A stretch of DNA of 64,000 nt, from the NCBI GenBank assembly GCA_012520795.1, contig JAAYNP010000006.1, forward strand, positions 4,673 to 68,672. Direction: 5' to 3'. Made by a program: the position numbers and the translations under genes. Shown piece after piece: positions 1 to 9,020 of this stretch (the stretch's first letter is position 1; the number at the start of each line of letters is the position of its first letter). Source of the stretch: Bacillota bacterium (GTDB lineage Bacteria > Bacillota > Limnochordia > Darwinibacteriales > DTU012). The notes under the pieces were generated by a model, which worked only from the letters and a program-made list of their open reading frames with translations, made no database searches and had not been told where the DNA came from.

Positions 1-1
1 A

Positions 2-367
2 GGATATGAAATTGCCAGAATCATTCCCGGCAGCGGGCAGGAACTTTGTGTCGAAATCAGTGTCCGCAACCAAGACATAGCTTTGATTGAGACCGGGCAA
101 ACCATTATTCACAGTTTTGAGGCTCTGCCGCGCCATACCTTTGGCACGGTGAAAGGTAAAATCACTGGAATAGGCGGAGATGCCGTGGTTGTAGGCGATG
201 GAAACTTGGTGTACAGGGCCACTGCCAGCATCGAACAAACCATTCTTTGGGATCCCCATGGTAACGAAGTGGAACTTAAGCCGGGAATGGTATGCCAATC
301 ACAGGTTGTCGTTAAACGGGACAAGATTCTTTACTGGTTGTTACAGAAACTGGGGTTTATTAACTGA
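2..367 (+). CDS. HlyD family secretion/efflux periplasmic adaptor protein, C-terminal fragment (gene begins upstream of window)
   Basis: Reading frame is open from position 2. The C-terminal pattern (...TGQTIIHSFEALP..FGTVKGKITGIGGDA...LKPGMVCQSQVVVKRDKILYWLLQKL) matches the conserved HlyD C-terminus. It is followed directly by two TolC-like genes. Confidence 0.6.
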   Translation, partial: GYEIARIIPGSGQELCVEISVRNQDIALIETGQTIIHSFEALPRHTFGTVKGKITGIGGDAVVVGDGNLVYRATASIEQTILWDPHGNEVELKPGMVCQSQVVVKRDKILYWLLQKLGFIN

Positions 368-434
368 TCTGACAGACTGTTTGACAGAGGAGGCGATCTG
401 AATCAGAACTGGCAAAGCAATCAAGCTGAGTTTA

Positions 435-1460
435 TTGTTGTTGTTTGGCATTGCCTGGCTGCAGGCAGTAAGGGCAGAATCTGGATTTGCCGACCCGGCG
501 TTTATCCAAAACCGTATCCTTAGGCACAATGCTGAGCTTGCCGCTGCTGAGAAAGATGTGGAACTGGCCCGGCTCAACCTGAGGATGGCCGAGGCAGAAC
601 AACTGCGCAATGCTGATCCTGTAAAAGCCAAACTTGCGGAGCTGGAACTGTCCATGGCGGAAGAAGCAGTCGAAATCCTCAAACAGGAATTGCTCCTGCA
701 AGCGGAAGAGGTGTATTACATTTTGATTAAGAATGAACTAGAAACGCAGTTGACAGTGCAGACCAAGGAATATATCCAAACTCAGCATGAGTTGACCAGA
801 GCACAATACCAAGAAGGTTTGGCAACAATACAGGACCTGGACCGGATGATACTGGCTGTTGCAGAAATTGATCATCAGCTGCAGAAGTTGAGCCACGAGC
901 AAGAGTTGGCCCGGATACGGCTTCTGCACTTGATGGAACTGCCTTGCGATCATGAATTGGTTATCCCCGAGTGTTGTTTTGAGTTTGAAAAACCAATTGT
1001 AGAAGCAGATCTTAGGACACTGCTGATTGATAACAACCCAGAGTTGAAATATACGGCGGCACAGGTAGAAGTGGCCGCCTTGAGGCACCGGCTGTCCCAT
1101 CCCGATTATACACCGGAACTGATCCGGGAATCGAACAGCTTGGAATATGAGAAACAGAAGCTGCTCTACGGCAAAAGAGTGGATCAATTGTACCTTCAGG
1201 CACTGGAATTGCAGTACCAGGTTCAACAGCTTGAAGCACAATACCAGGAGTGGGTGCAAAGGGCAAAGATCGCTGAAGATAATCTGGCGGCTGCAGAATT
1301 GCGCTATCAGGAAGGGATGGAGCTGTCTTTGGCTGTGATGGATTCCAGGCTTGAATTAATCAGGATCAAGAACCAAGAAGTGGGTGCTTTGTTCGCATAC
1401 AATATTGCCAAGGCCAGATTTGCCAATTTGACCGGGCTTAAGCTGGGGGGAGAACGCTGA
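435..1460 (+). CDS. TolC family outer-membrane efflux protein (short paralog, 341 aa, TTG start, weak signal peptide)
   Basis: Coiled-coil and beta-barrel repeat pattern typical of outer-membrane-factor proteins. An in-frame stop at 399-401 limits the N-terminus. Its stop overlaps the next ATG (TGATG). Confidence 0.55.
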   Translation: MLLFGIAWLQAVRAESGFADPAFIQNRILRHNAELAAAEKDVELARLNLRMAEAEQLRNADPVKAKLAELELSMAEEAVEILKQELLLQAEEVYYILIKNELETQLTVQTKEYIQTQHELTRAQYQEGLATIQDLDRMILAVAEIDHQLQKLSHEQELARIRLLHLMELPCDHELVIPECCFEFEKPIVEADLRTLLIDNNPELKYTAAQVEVAALRHRLSHPDYTPELIRESNSLEYEKQKLLYGKRVDQLYLQALELQYQVQQLEAQYQEWVQRAKIAEDNLAAAELRYQEGMELSLAVMDSRLELIRIKNQEVGALFAYNIAKARFANLTGLKLGGER

Positions 1461-2761
1461 TGTTCGGCAAAGGGATGATCTGTGGATTGATTCTAGCATT
1501 TTTTACGGCCGCATCTTCCACAGCTGCGAACGAACCGGTCACCTTGGCTCGGTTTCTTGAGGACGCATTGGCATCCCACTCTGAACTGATCGAACATGAG
1601 TTTGCCCTCATGGAATTACAGGCAAACCTTGATGCCGCCAAGATGTCAAGCCCGGCGCTGAACATGCAGTTAGGGTACTCAAAACTCAATTCTTGGCATC
1701 CGGCTGGGAGCAATTGGGCGGCACGGGCAAGTTTCGAAGGTAGAGGCCGTTTCGGTTCTGAATACAGCATCAGTTATGATTTCCGCGGCAAGGCTATGCA
1801 GATTCAACTGGCGCTTCCCGTGTCTATGCCCAGAGAAATGTCCCCCCGGCAGCAGCAGGTTGCCGCTTGCGAATACAGTTATCAGAAGGAACTGATTGCC
1901 AGCCAAGTACTGCGGGAAGAAGTCTTTTTGGCGGCAGCCAAGTGTTTTCTCAACATATGGCGGCTTAAGGAAGCGGTTAACGTACGTCAGGCCATGATCA
2001 CCTGGCTTGATTCACAACTGGAGATCTTGGCTGAGGCTTGCCATACGGGCATTGCCCATGAGATTGATCTTGCCTGTGTGGAATTGCAGTATCAGATGCA
2101 AATCAACTCTATTGACGTGTTGAGAGAACAACTTGCGGCAGAACGAAGCCTGGCTGTCATGGTTTACGGAATGGCATCTGAAGCGGATTTGTTACATGAA
2201 CCGGCACAATTTGATCCGAAGGACTTGGAGTTTGTGTTAGTGCCGCAGCCGGCAGCAGGCATTGCGATGGCCAAATTGGACTATGGCCTTGCAGAAATGC
2301 ATGCAAGACAACTTCAAACGGAATTAGGAGCGCAGGGCAGGTTGAGCATCAATCTCAATTCAGATTCGGATTGGTCCGTGGAGTGGGCAGTGCAAATTCC
2401 CCTTTTTGATCAGGCTTATCGGGAAAACCAGGTTGATGCTGCCGACGCAAAACTGTCTCAGACTGCTTTGGCAGTAGAACGGGCAGAATTGGAGACAATT
2501 TGCGAACATATATATCGACAACTGCATTTGTCGGCAGCAAGCAGCAATCTCAAAACAGCTGTCCAAGCCCGGGAACTGGCAGCCCGCCAGAAAGAGATCG
2601 CTGCAGAACAGTACGAAAAAGGACTGCTCTCTTTCATTGAACTGCTTAGGGCTTGGGAAGGTGAAGCAGCCGCGTTTTTGGATTTGGTTGATGCGGAATT
2701 TGAGTACCAACTTGCCCAGATCCAACATTGGCTTTTGGACAGCAATCAGAATTGTGAATGA
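1460..2761 (+). CDS. TolC family outer-membrane efflux protein
   Basis: 433 aa with an N-terminal signal peptide (MFGKGMICGLILAFFTAASSTAA) and the two repeated TolC-like halves. Confidence 0.65.
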   Translation: MFGKGMICGLILAFFTAASSTAANEPVTLARFLEDALASHSELIEHEFALMELQANLDAAKMSSPALNMQLGYSKLNSWHPAGSNWAARASFEGRGRFGSEYSISYDFRGKAMQIQLALPVSMPREMSPRQQQVAACEYSYQKELIASQVLREEVFLAAAKCFLNIWRLKEAVNVRQAMITWLDSQLEILAEACHTGIAHEIDLACVELQYQMQINSIDVLREQLAAERSLAVMVYGMASEADLLHEPAQFDPKDLEFVLVPQPAAGIAMAKLDYGLAEMHARQLQTELGAQGRLSINLNSDSDWSVEWAVQIPLFDQAYRENQVDAADAKLSQTALAVERAELETICEHIYRQLHLSAASSNLKTAVQARELAARQKEIAAEQYEKGLLSFIELLRAWEGEAAAFLDLVDAEFEYQLAQIQHWLLDSNQNCE

Positions 2762-2854
2762 AATGCAGCAGGAAAAGGCTGGCAAACGCAGAAAAATTGA
2801 ATTAAGCGGCTTGGGAGCTTTTTTGGAATTGATAGAACGAATATCGAGGTGATT

Positions 2855-3622
2855 ATGGTGGCAAAAGCGAGTCGGCTCGGGATCATCTGTTTTCTGATCA
2901 TACTTTGCATCACCGGCCGGGTTTTGGCCGAACCTTCCTTGCAGTTCCTGTTGGAAAGTGATGCCGTCTATGAATTGAAATTCAGTTTCCTGAATCAAAT
3001 TGATAAAGATCCGCTGTCCCTATCTATTTACACTTATGACGAACAAGGCCTACTTTTGAAACTGACCCGTTTGTACAGGGGGTTGGCCTTCAACGACATC
3101 ACCGAAATGAATGTCGTCTTTGAGGCTCCAAAGGGGTTTGTCCGGGCTGAAGTAGTCATTGATGGTGAAACCGATCCCAAACAGAGGTTAATATCCTTTG
3201 CCAGACTCAATCGATTTGATCCTGACCGGAACACTGAACTGGCCAGCATGATTTTTAATGAGCAAGTCTATACAGGCTTGATTGTCGATGCCCGCGGCCT
3301 TGGATTGGAACGGGGGATGAGCCCTCGCATTTGGTCTGAGGCGGGTGAGATGATTTACGGCGGCGTTGCGGCACCCTATGATTATGTACAGGATACTGGG
3401 GTTATCCTTTATGGGACTCAGCTGTCCGAAGAATTGATGCAGCGGGTTTCAATACCCGGCATACTGTCTTATTCCTCTCCCTTGGTTGTCAAGGCTAAAG
3501 CCGTCAAAGGTCAGCCCAGGACTGGAGTTGTCGTAGATCAGGATTCGGCTGAACGGATTATTGACCTCATCAAGAATTACGACTTTTTTGCCCATTATGC
3601 TGTCGTTTTCCTAGTGGATTAG
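2855..3622 (+). CDS. hypothetical secreted protein
   Basis: ATG at 2855 with RBS cgagg. Signal peptide LGIICFLIILCITGRVLA. No family recognised from sequence alone. Confidence 0.45.
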   Translation: MVAKASRLGIICFLIILCITGRVLAEPSLQFLLESDAVYELKFSFLNQIDKDPLSLSIYTYDEQGLLLKLTRLYRGLAFNDITEMNVVFEAPKGFVRAEVVIDGETDPKQRLISFARLNRFDPDRNTELASMIFNEQVYTGLIVDARGLGLERGMSPRIWSEAGEMIYGGVAAPYDYVQDTGVILYGTQLSEELMQRVSIPGILSYSSPLVVKAKAVKGQPRTGVVVDQDSAERIIDLIKNYDFFAHYAVVFLVD

Positions 3623-3667
3623 CGCAGTTCGAATAAACGTTGAGAATGAATAGGAGGAGCAGGATCA

Positions 3668-4393
3668 GTGCATAAGTTACAACAGCAGTTCCAAGCGCAA
3701 ATCCAAGAACTGGTAGATGCCTGTGTCCGTGTGGCGGAACTGGGCTACGTTACCTCCCACGGAGGCAATCTATCGTACCGGGTGGCCGAGAATGTTGTTT
3801 TGATTACACCTACAAAGGTTGCCAAACGTAAAATAAGATTTGACGACATTTGTATTATCAATATGGAAGGCAGTGTGCTCTATGCCAAAGAGGGGCGAAA
3901 ACCGACAGGCGAAACCCCATTCCATCTACGGATTTTTGCACGCCGCCCTGACGTGAAAGGGATTGTCCATGCCCACCCACCGGTTATGACCGGCTTTGCC
4001 ATTGCCAGCACAGATTTATTGGCATTGCCCACATTGCCGGAACCTATCATTGAAGTTGGGCCCATGCTGACGGTGGAGTATGAGGAGCCGCTGACAGAAG
4101 CTCTGGCCCAAGCTTTTGACGACAAGCTGGATTATGCTAATGCATTTCTTATGAAGAACCACGGTGCCTTGGTCGTCAGCACAGACTGTGTGGAGAGGGC
4201 TTTAGATTTCTTTGAAATGATGGAGGCTGCGGCCAAATCGCTTCTCGTGGCTAAGCTGCTGGGTGGAGTAGACTTGTTATCCAGGGAAGATGTGGAAAAC
4301 CTGGAGCGGACCATGAAAACGCGGCACTTGCCGATGCCGGGTGCTCCCGGCAAGGTCTCCGGTTTGGTGGAATTGTTCTTTGGCAAGAAATAA
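3668..4393 (+). CDS. class II aldolase/adducin family protein (fuculose-phosphate aldolase-like)
   Basis: GTG start after RBS aggagg. Motifs HGGNLSYRV, HAHPP and MKNHGALVV are typical of class II aldolases. Confidence 0.7.
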   Translation: MHKLQQQFQAQIQELVDACVRVAELGYVTSHGGNLSYRVAENVVLITPTKVAKRKIRFDDICIINMEGSVLYAKEGRKPTGETPFHLRIFARRPDVKGIVHAHPPVMTGFAIASTDLLALPTLPEPIIEVGPMLTVEYEEPLTEALAQAFDDKLDYANAFLMKNHGALVVSTDCVERALDFFEMMEAAAKSLLVAKLLGGVDLLSREDVENLERTMKTRHLPMPGAPGKVSGLVELFFGKK

Positions 4394-4418
4394 ATCAAAT
4401 GGACATGGAGGGAATGTG

Positions 4419-4799
4419 ATGGGAGGCAATTGTCAAACCGGTTCCAGGGTATGGTTCATACCGGACTGCTATTGGCCTGAGATTACCAGTGGTAAACATT
4501 ATGTAAGCCATGAAGCGATCTGTGTGCTTAACCCAGGCCCAAACGATGCCAAAATCAAACTGACTTTTTACTTTTCTGATACAGAACCACTGCGAGGGTT
4601 TACCGCTGAGTGTAAAGCTGAACGCACCAACCATATTCGCCTCGATCAGATAAAAAATGAGGCAGGCCAAAGGATCCCGCAGGGTGTGCCTTACGCGGCA
4701 ATGGTCGAAAGCGATCAACCGATCATTGTCCAATACAGCCGGTTGGACACCACCCAACCTGAAATCGGCCTGATGACCACAATGGCATATCCTCTTTAG
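4419..4799 (+). CDS. sensory rhodopsin transducer (ASRT)-like small beta-sandwich protein
   Basis: 126 aa. By eye it resembles Anabaena ASRT as I recall it: VSHEAICVLNPG..FYFSDTEP..HIRLD..VESDQPIIVQYSRLDTTQPE..MAYPL. RBS ggaggga lies 4 nt upstream of ATG 4419. Confidence 0.55.
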   Translation: MGGNCQTGSRVWFIPDCYWPEITSGKHYVSHEAICVLNPGPNDAKIKLTFYFSDTEPLRGFTAECKAERTNHIRLDQIKNEAGQRIPQGVPYAAMVESDQPIIVQYSRLDTTQPEIGLMTTMAYPL

Positions 4800-4812
4800 A
4801 CAAGAAGGTTGG

Positions 4813-4862
4813 ACAGGGGGCGATTCTGTGCCAGAGTGCAGAAACGGCCCCTGTTCTTTTTT
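4813..4862. terminator. bidirectional rho-independent terminator between the ASRT-like gene (+) and the minus-strand small-protein operon
   Basis: Stem acagggggc / ggcccctgt (4813-4821 and 4846-4854) with a T-run at 4855-4862. Confidence 0.5.
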
Positions 4863-5079
4863 ACTTACAAGAGGAGTTGTTGTGCTGAAAACTCACCAGG
4901 CTGCGATAGCATTTGGTCAACTCCCTGATTGTGCTTTCCGGGATTTCTTGCTGGCGCAGTTGGGCTTCAAAAACTCTTGCTGCTTTTGATTTTTGGTAAA
5001 GCAGCCTTGGTACGAGTACGGCGCCTTTTACACCAGCCCGCATGATAGTCTTAAGAACTAACCCGAGTGTTGCGAGCAT
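4861..5079 (-). CDS. hypothetical small protein (72 aa), last gene of the ECF sigma operon
   Basis: ORF only; it sits in the sigma / anti-sigma operon context. Confidence 0.3.
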   Translation of the reverse strand: MLATLGLVLKTIMRAGVKGAVLVPRLLYQKSKAARVFEAQLRQQEIPESTIRELTKCYRSLVSFQHNNSSCK

Positions 5080-5087
5080 GTTTTTGA

Positions 5088-5354
5088 CTAACCGTTTTTC
5101 ACTTTGATATCGTCCATCATGGACCTGAGGCTGTTGAGATAGTCCTTGGCCATCGCCATTGCATCTTCCGGCTTGAACCCCGACTCGACTAACTGTTTGT
5201 AGAATGCGCCAACTGCTTTGCCCAGGTTTGCAGCTGCTTCCTCAGAGTAAAAGGCAGCCATGACATCTCTGATTAAACCAGGGACTTTTTCGGAAACTAG
5301 ATCCAGCATTTCACCAATTTCGTTTGTAGGGATTTTGTTGTCATTCATAAACAC
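5088..5354 (-). CDS. hypothetical small helical protein (88 aa)
   Basis: ORF with coding-like composition, 12 nt downstream of the anti-sigma gene. Confidence 0.4.
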   Translation of the reverse strand: MFMNDNKIPTNEIGEMLDLVSEKVPGLIRDVMAAFYSEEAAANLGKAVGAFYKQLVESGFKPEDAMAMAKDYLNSLRSMMDDIKVKNG

Positions 5355-5366
5355 ACACTCCTTTGG

Positions 5367-5684
5367 TTATCTGAGTTTTTGACACAAGCTGACCAGCTTT
5401 GGTAAGCTGACCTTAAAGATAGGGGCGAGGATTGCCTTTGTGAGATCGGTGGTGAATGCCTCAGATTTTGACGCCGTTACATTGAAGTAGACACGGGCTG
5501 CCACCGTTTGGGGTGGGGATGCCTTCACAGCTGTAAGCATTTTTGCCAGTCTTAGTTCAAGCTGCATTAGTTCACGGAAACCCGGATCTTCCATTAGCAG
5601 GTGAAATACTTCCCGTTTCTCTTCTTGTGTCAACCGGCCTTGGATGTAGGCCAAGGCAAGTTCATGATCATAATCCTCTCTCAT
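5367..5684 (-). CDS. putative anti-sigma factor (ZAS-like N-terminal domain without the zinc-binding cysteines)
   Basis: Its start overlaps the sigma gene stop. The N-terminal pattern ELALAYIQGRLTQEEKREVFHLLMEDPGFRELM resembles the anti-sigma HxxxCxxC region with the cysteines replaced. Confidence 0.45.
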   Translation of the reverse strand: MREDYDHELALAYIQGRLTQEEKREVFHLLMEDPGFRELMQLELRLAKMLTAVKASPPQTVAARVYFNVTASKSEAFTTDLTKAILAPIFKVSLPKLVSLCQKLR

Positions 5685-6157
5685 TGTTCAACCCCCTTTA
5701 ACCAGCTGCGCAGCCTGGCCCGGGCTGTATAGGCTTTGCTCTTGACAGTCCCCACAGGTATTCCCAGTATGCCGGCGAGTTCTTCGCAGGTAAACTGCTC
5801 AACATAGAGGCCGTAGATGATTGTGGCCGAGACAGCATCCAACTGGCTGAGAATCTCCTTGATAGTCAAATCTGAAGGGGACTCTTCAACGCGGATATTC
5901 TGGTCAAGTGCCACTTCCTTGTGTTTGGCTCGGCGAAGGTGGTCCACCAGCTTGTGATGGGCAATGGTAAGGATCCATGCTTTGGCAGATTGGACATTCT
6001 TACACTTATCCAAACTGCGGTATACGGCCAAGAAGGTCTCTTGCATGATCTCTTCGATTAGGTATTCGTCGTTAAGTTTGAATCTGAGGAAGCTGTAGAC
6101 ACAATCCGCATATCTGGCGTACACTTCGTCAAAGCTCATCATCCTCAACCCTTTCAC
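5681..6157 (-). CDS. ECF-type RNA polymerase sigma-70 family sigma factor
   Basis: Region 2 (FLAVYRSL, AWILTIAHHKLVDHLRR) and region 4 (ELAGILGIPVGTVKSKAYTARARLR) motifs are present. Confidence 0.8.
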   Translation of the reverse strand: MKGLRMMSFDEVYARYADCVYSFLRFKLNDEYLIEEIMQETFLAVYRSLDKCKNVQSAKAWILTIAHHKLVDHLRRAKHKEVALDQNIRVEESPSDLTIKEILSQLDAVSATIIYGLYVEQFTCEELAGILGIPVGTVKSKAYTARARLRSWLKGVEQ

Positions 6158-6235
6158 CCATATAGTCGCAAATTTCTTGGTTTCGGTTCATTTTCCTTCG
6201 GAGGTAGGATGGGGATCGTGCCAATCACCCTGTTT

Positions 6236-6264
6236 TTGACAATTCAACGTGTCTGTGCTACAAT
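6236..6264 (+). promoter_or_regulatory. sigma-A type promoter TTGACA-17-TACAAT upstream of the LeuA-family gene
   Basis: Exact -35 TTGACA (6236-6241), a 17-nt spacer, and -10 TACAAT (6259-6264). Confidence 0.45.
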
Positions 6265-6356
6265 TTAATATTAATATTACCATACTGTGACCAATCCCCT
6301 GTAGTGCAGCTTGAGGGGTTTTGATCATCCATATTGATATTAATGGAGGAGTGGGC

Positions 6357-7625
6357 ATGGCTCGTAAGAACAAGATTTTTATTATCGATGTTACTAACCG
6401 TGATGGAGTCCAAACTGCGTTTATCGGCCTTTCTAAGCTGCAAAAGACAATGCTCAACGTATATTTGAGTGAGATGGGGGTTTACCAAAGCGAGATCGGC
6501 TTCCCGGCTCTGCAGCATGAATGGAACTATATCAATGCCAACTTGAGGCTGGCGGAAAAAGGCGCCATGGGCAGCATGAGACTGCAGGGCTGGGTACGGG
6601 CTACAGTTGAAGACGTGCAGCGGGCCGTCAAATACACGGGCATCCGCATTCTCAACCTGTCTATTTCCACATCACAGATTATGACCGAGGGCAAATTTGG
6701 GGGGCGTTTGAACCGCGAAGACATTCTCAAGATGATGACAGAGGCAGTGGCTTGTGCCAAGGAAGCAGGGATCCAATCGATTGGAGTCAATGCGGAAGAT
6801 GCTTCCAGGACTGAACCATATACACATGACAAACGCTATGATGAGGACTATCTGATTAGATTTGCCATGGCAGCCAAAGAACACGGTGCGGATCGGTTCA
6901 GATATTGTGACACCCTTGGGTATGACCGGACTGTGTCGATCTACGACAGCGTTAAGCGTATTGCCGAAGCAGTGCTAATGCCTATTGAGCTGCACTGTCA
7001 TAACGATCTTGGTTACGCTGTGGCAAACTCGGTGGAAGGTGCCATGGGAGCTCTCGATGCCGGAGTGGATGCTTATATCAATACAACGGTTAACGGCATG
7101 GGTGAGAGGGCAGGCAACGCTGATCTGGTATCTGTGATTCTTGCCTTGAGAAAATCCCGCGGGATGCAGGGCCAAGATGTTCTCGATCAAAATATTGATT
7201 TGACTAAAGCTTGGAAGCTCTGCAATTATGCTGCCAGGTCGTTTGGCCTGCCGATTCCCATAAACCAAGTTGGTGTAGGGCGCAACGCCTTTGCCCATGA
7301 ATCGGGGATTCATGCCGACGGGATGCTGAAGAACCGCAAAAACTATGAACTGTATTCCCCAGATGAGCTGGGCATTGATGAGCTTGAGATCAGGCCTTTG
7401 GGACGAATCATCACTACCGGTGAATATGGCGGGATAAAGGGCCTCAAGCATGTGTATGACCAATTGGGAGTAGTATTGGAGAACGAGAGAGACATTTTAC
7501 GCCTTGTTCAATATGCTTCCCTCCATAACCAGCAGCCGTTGACTGATGATGAACTGATATTCATTGCCAAATATCCGGAAGAGGTGGAGCAGATTCTTAC
7601 AGTCGATCCCCGCGTAGTTGATTAA
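6357..7625 (+). CDS. 2-isopropylmalate/homocitrate/Re-citrate synthase family protein (short form without the LeuA regulatory domain)
   Basis: HMGL-like TIM barrel: IDVTNRDGVQ, HCHNDLGYAVANSV, RYCDTLGY. RBS ggagga. The length of 422 aa means there is no C-terminal LeuA dimerisation/regulatory domain. Confidence 0.7.
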   Translation: MARKNKIFIIDVTNRDGVQTAFIGLSKLQKTMLNVYLSEMGVYQSEIGFPALQHEWNYINANLRLAEKGAMGSMRLQGWVRATVEDVQRAVKYTGIRILNLSISTSQIMTEGKFGGRLNREDILKMMTEAVACAKEAGIQSIGVNAEDASRTEPYTHDKRYDEDYLIRFAMAAKEHGADRFRYCDTLGYDRTVSIYDSVKRIAEAVLMPIELHCHNDLGYAVANSVEGAMGALDAGVDAYINTTVNGMGERAGNADLVSVILALRKSRGMQGQDVLDQNIDLTKAWKLCNYAARSFGLPIPINQVGVGRNAFAHESGIHADGMLKNRKNYELYSPDELGIDELEIRPLGRIITTGEYGGIKGLKHVYDQLGVVLENERDILRLVQYASLHNQQPLTDDELIFIAKYPEEVEQILTVDPRVVD

Positions 7626-7639
7626 GAGCTGATTAAACG

Positions 7640-7667
7640 AAAGGATCTCGGTCAACCGAGATCCTTT
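7640..7667. terminator. bidirectional rho-independent terminator between convergent genes
   Basis: Perfect 12-bp stem aaaggatctcgg / ccgagatccttt with loop tcaa. Confidence 0.6.
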
Positions 7668-7695
7668 CCTTATGCTTTGCTGATATCTCACAATG

Positions 7696-8907
7696 CTATT
7701 TTGTCTGCAGCCTGGAAAGAAACTGCTGGTACCGTTCACGCAGATCCGGCAGGGCGACTGTTTCCAGGATGTAGTCCGTATATGCTTCATTGGTGGCGCC
7801 GTCACTGCGGCCGGTGAGCTTCACTCTACACTCAAACTGACTGCAGATATCCAGAGCCATCTGCAGCCTTTCTGCTTCCAGGTTAACACCAATATGTTCC
7901 AGCAGCATGACACTGGCTTTTATCAGGCTGCTCGGATCGGCATAGACAGCCCGGCCTTCCGCCACCATCCGCGGTGCAGAACCGTGGATAGCCTCAAACA
8001 TGGCGTATTGCGTGCCGATATTGGCACTGCCTGCGGTCCCCACTCCGCCTTGAATCTGGGCCGCTTCATCGGTTAGGATGTCTCCATATAGGTTTGGCAT
8101 AACCATAACTTCGAACTCCGAACGGCGGCTGGGATCGATCAGTTTTGCGGTCATAATGTCGATATACCAATCATCGCAGGTAATATCGGGGTATTCTTTG
8201 GCAATCTCTTTGGCGATGCTCAAAAACTTGCCGTCTGTGGTTTTGACTACATTGGCCTTGGTCACGATGGTAACCCTTTTCCTGCCGTGAAGCTTCGCAT
8301 ATTCGAATGCGGCGCGGATGATACGCCGTGAGCCCTGAGTGGTGGTTACTTTGAAATCGACTGCCAAATCAGGGGTGACATTCAATCCAAGACTGCCCAG
8401 GGCATATTCACCTTCGGTGTTCTCCCGGAAAAACATCCAGTCTATATTCAACTCCGCGACCCGCACAGGGCGGATATTGGCGAAGAGGTCGAATTCACGC
8501 CGCATTGATACATTGGCACTTTCAATATTAGGCATGCCAGTGCTTTGATCAGGAGTAGTAGTCGGGCCTTTCAACACCACGTGGCATTGGCGCAGTTCAG
8601 CAAGGACATCATCGGGAATTGCCTGCATCCGGGCAATGCGGTTTTCAATGGTCAGCCCCTCAATTGTCCGCAGTTCTACTTTGCCGGCTTTGATTTTGTC
8701 CGCCAAAAGCTCTGCCAGGATCCGATGGGCTTGGTTTGCTATATACGGCCCGATGCCGTCTCCTCCGACAATACCAATGATGATCTTGTCAAGGTTCTGG
8801 TAATCAATGAAGCCCTCATCTTGCTTCATGCGCTCGATCCGCCCGAGCTGAGCTTCGAGAATGCTTGCAAAGTGTTGTTTTGCAGCATCAATTTCTTGCT
8901 TGTACAT
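7696..8907 (-). CDS. icd: isocitrate dehydrogenase (NADP-type) / isocitrate-isopropylmalate dehydrogenase family
   Basis: 403 aa with GIVGGDGIGP and the family signature region. RBS ggagggg. Confidence 0.7.
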   Translation of the reverse strand: MYKQEIDAAKQHFASILEAQLGRIERMKQDEGFIDYQNLDKIIIGIVGGDGIGPYIANQAHRILAELLADKIKAGKVELRTIEGLTIENRIARMQAIPDDVLAELRQCHVVLKGPTTTPDQSTGMPNIESANVSMRREFDLFANIRPVRVAELNIDWMFFRENTEGEYALGSLGLNVTPDLAVDFKVTTTQGSRRIIRAAFEYAKLHGRKRVTIVTKANVVKTTDGKFLSIAKEIAKEYPDITCDDWYIDIMTAKLIDPSRRSEFEVMVMPNLYGDILTDEAAQIQGGVGTAGSANIGTQYAMFEAIHGSAPRMVAEGRAVYADPSSLIKASVMLLEHIGVNLEAERLQMALDICSQFECRVKLTGRSDGATNEAYTDYILETVALPDLRERYQQFLSRLQTK

Positions 8908-9020
8908 GGTACCCCTCCGTATTCTCTCGATAGAACATGTCGCAAATTTCCATTTTCTTCGGTATCGATCTCAATAAATCCTTTTTCTGTGGTATAATTG
9001 TGCTAGTCAGGGGGAGGAAG

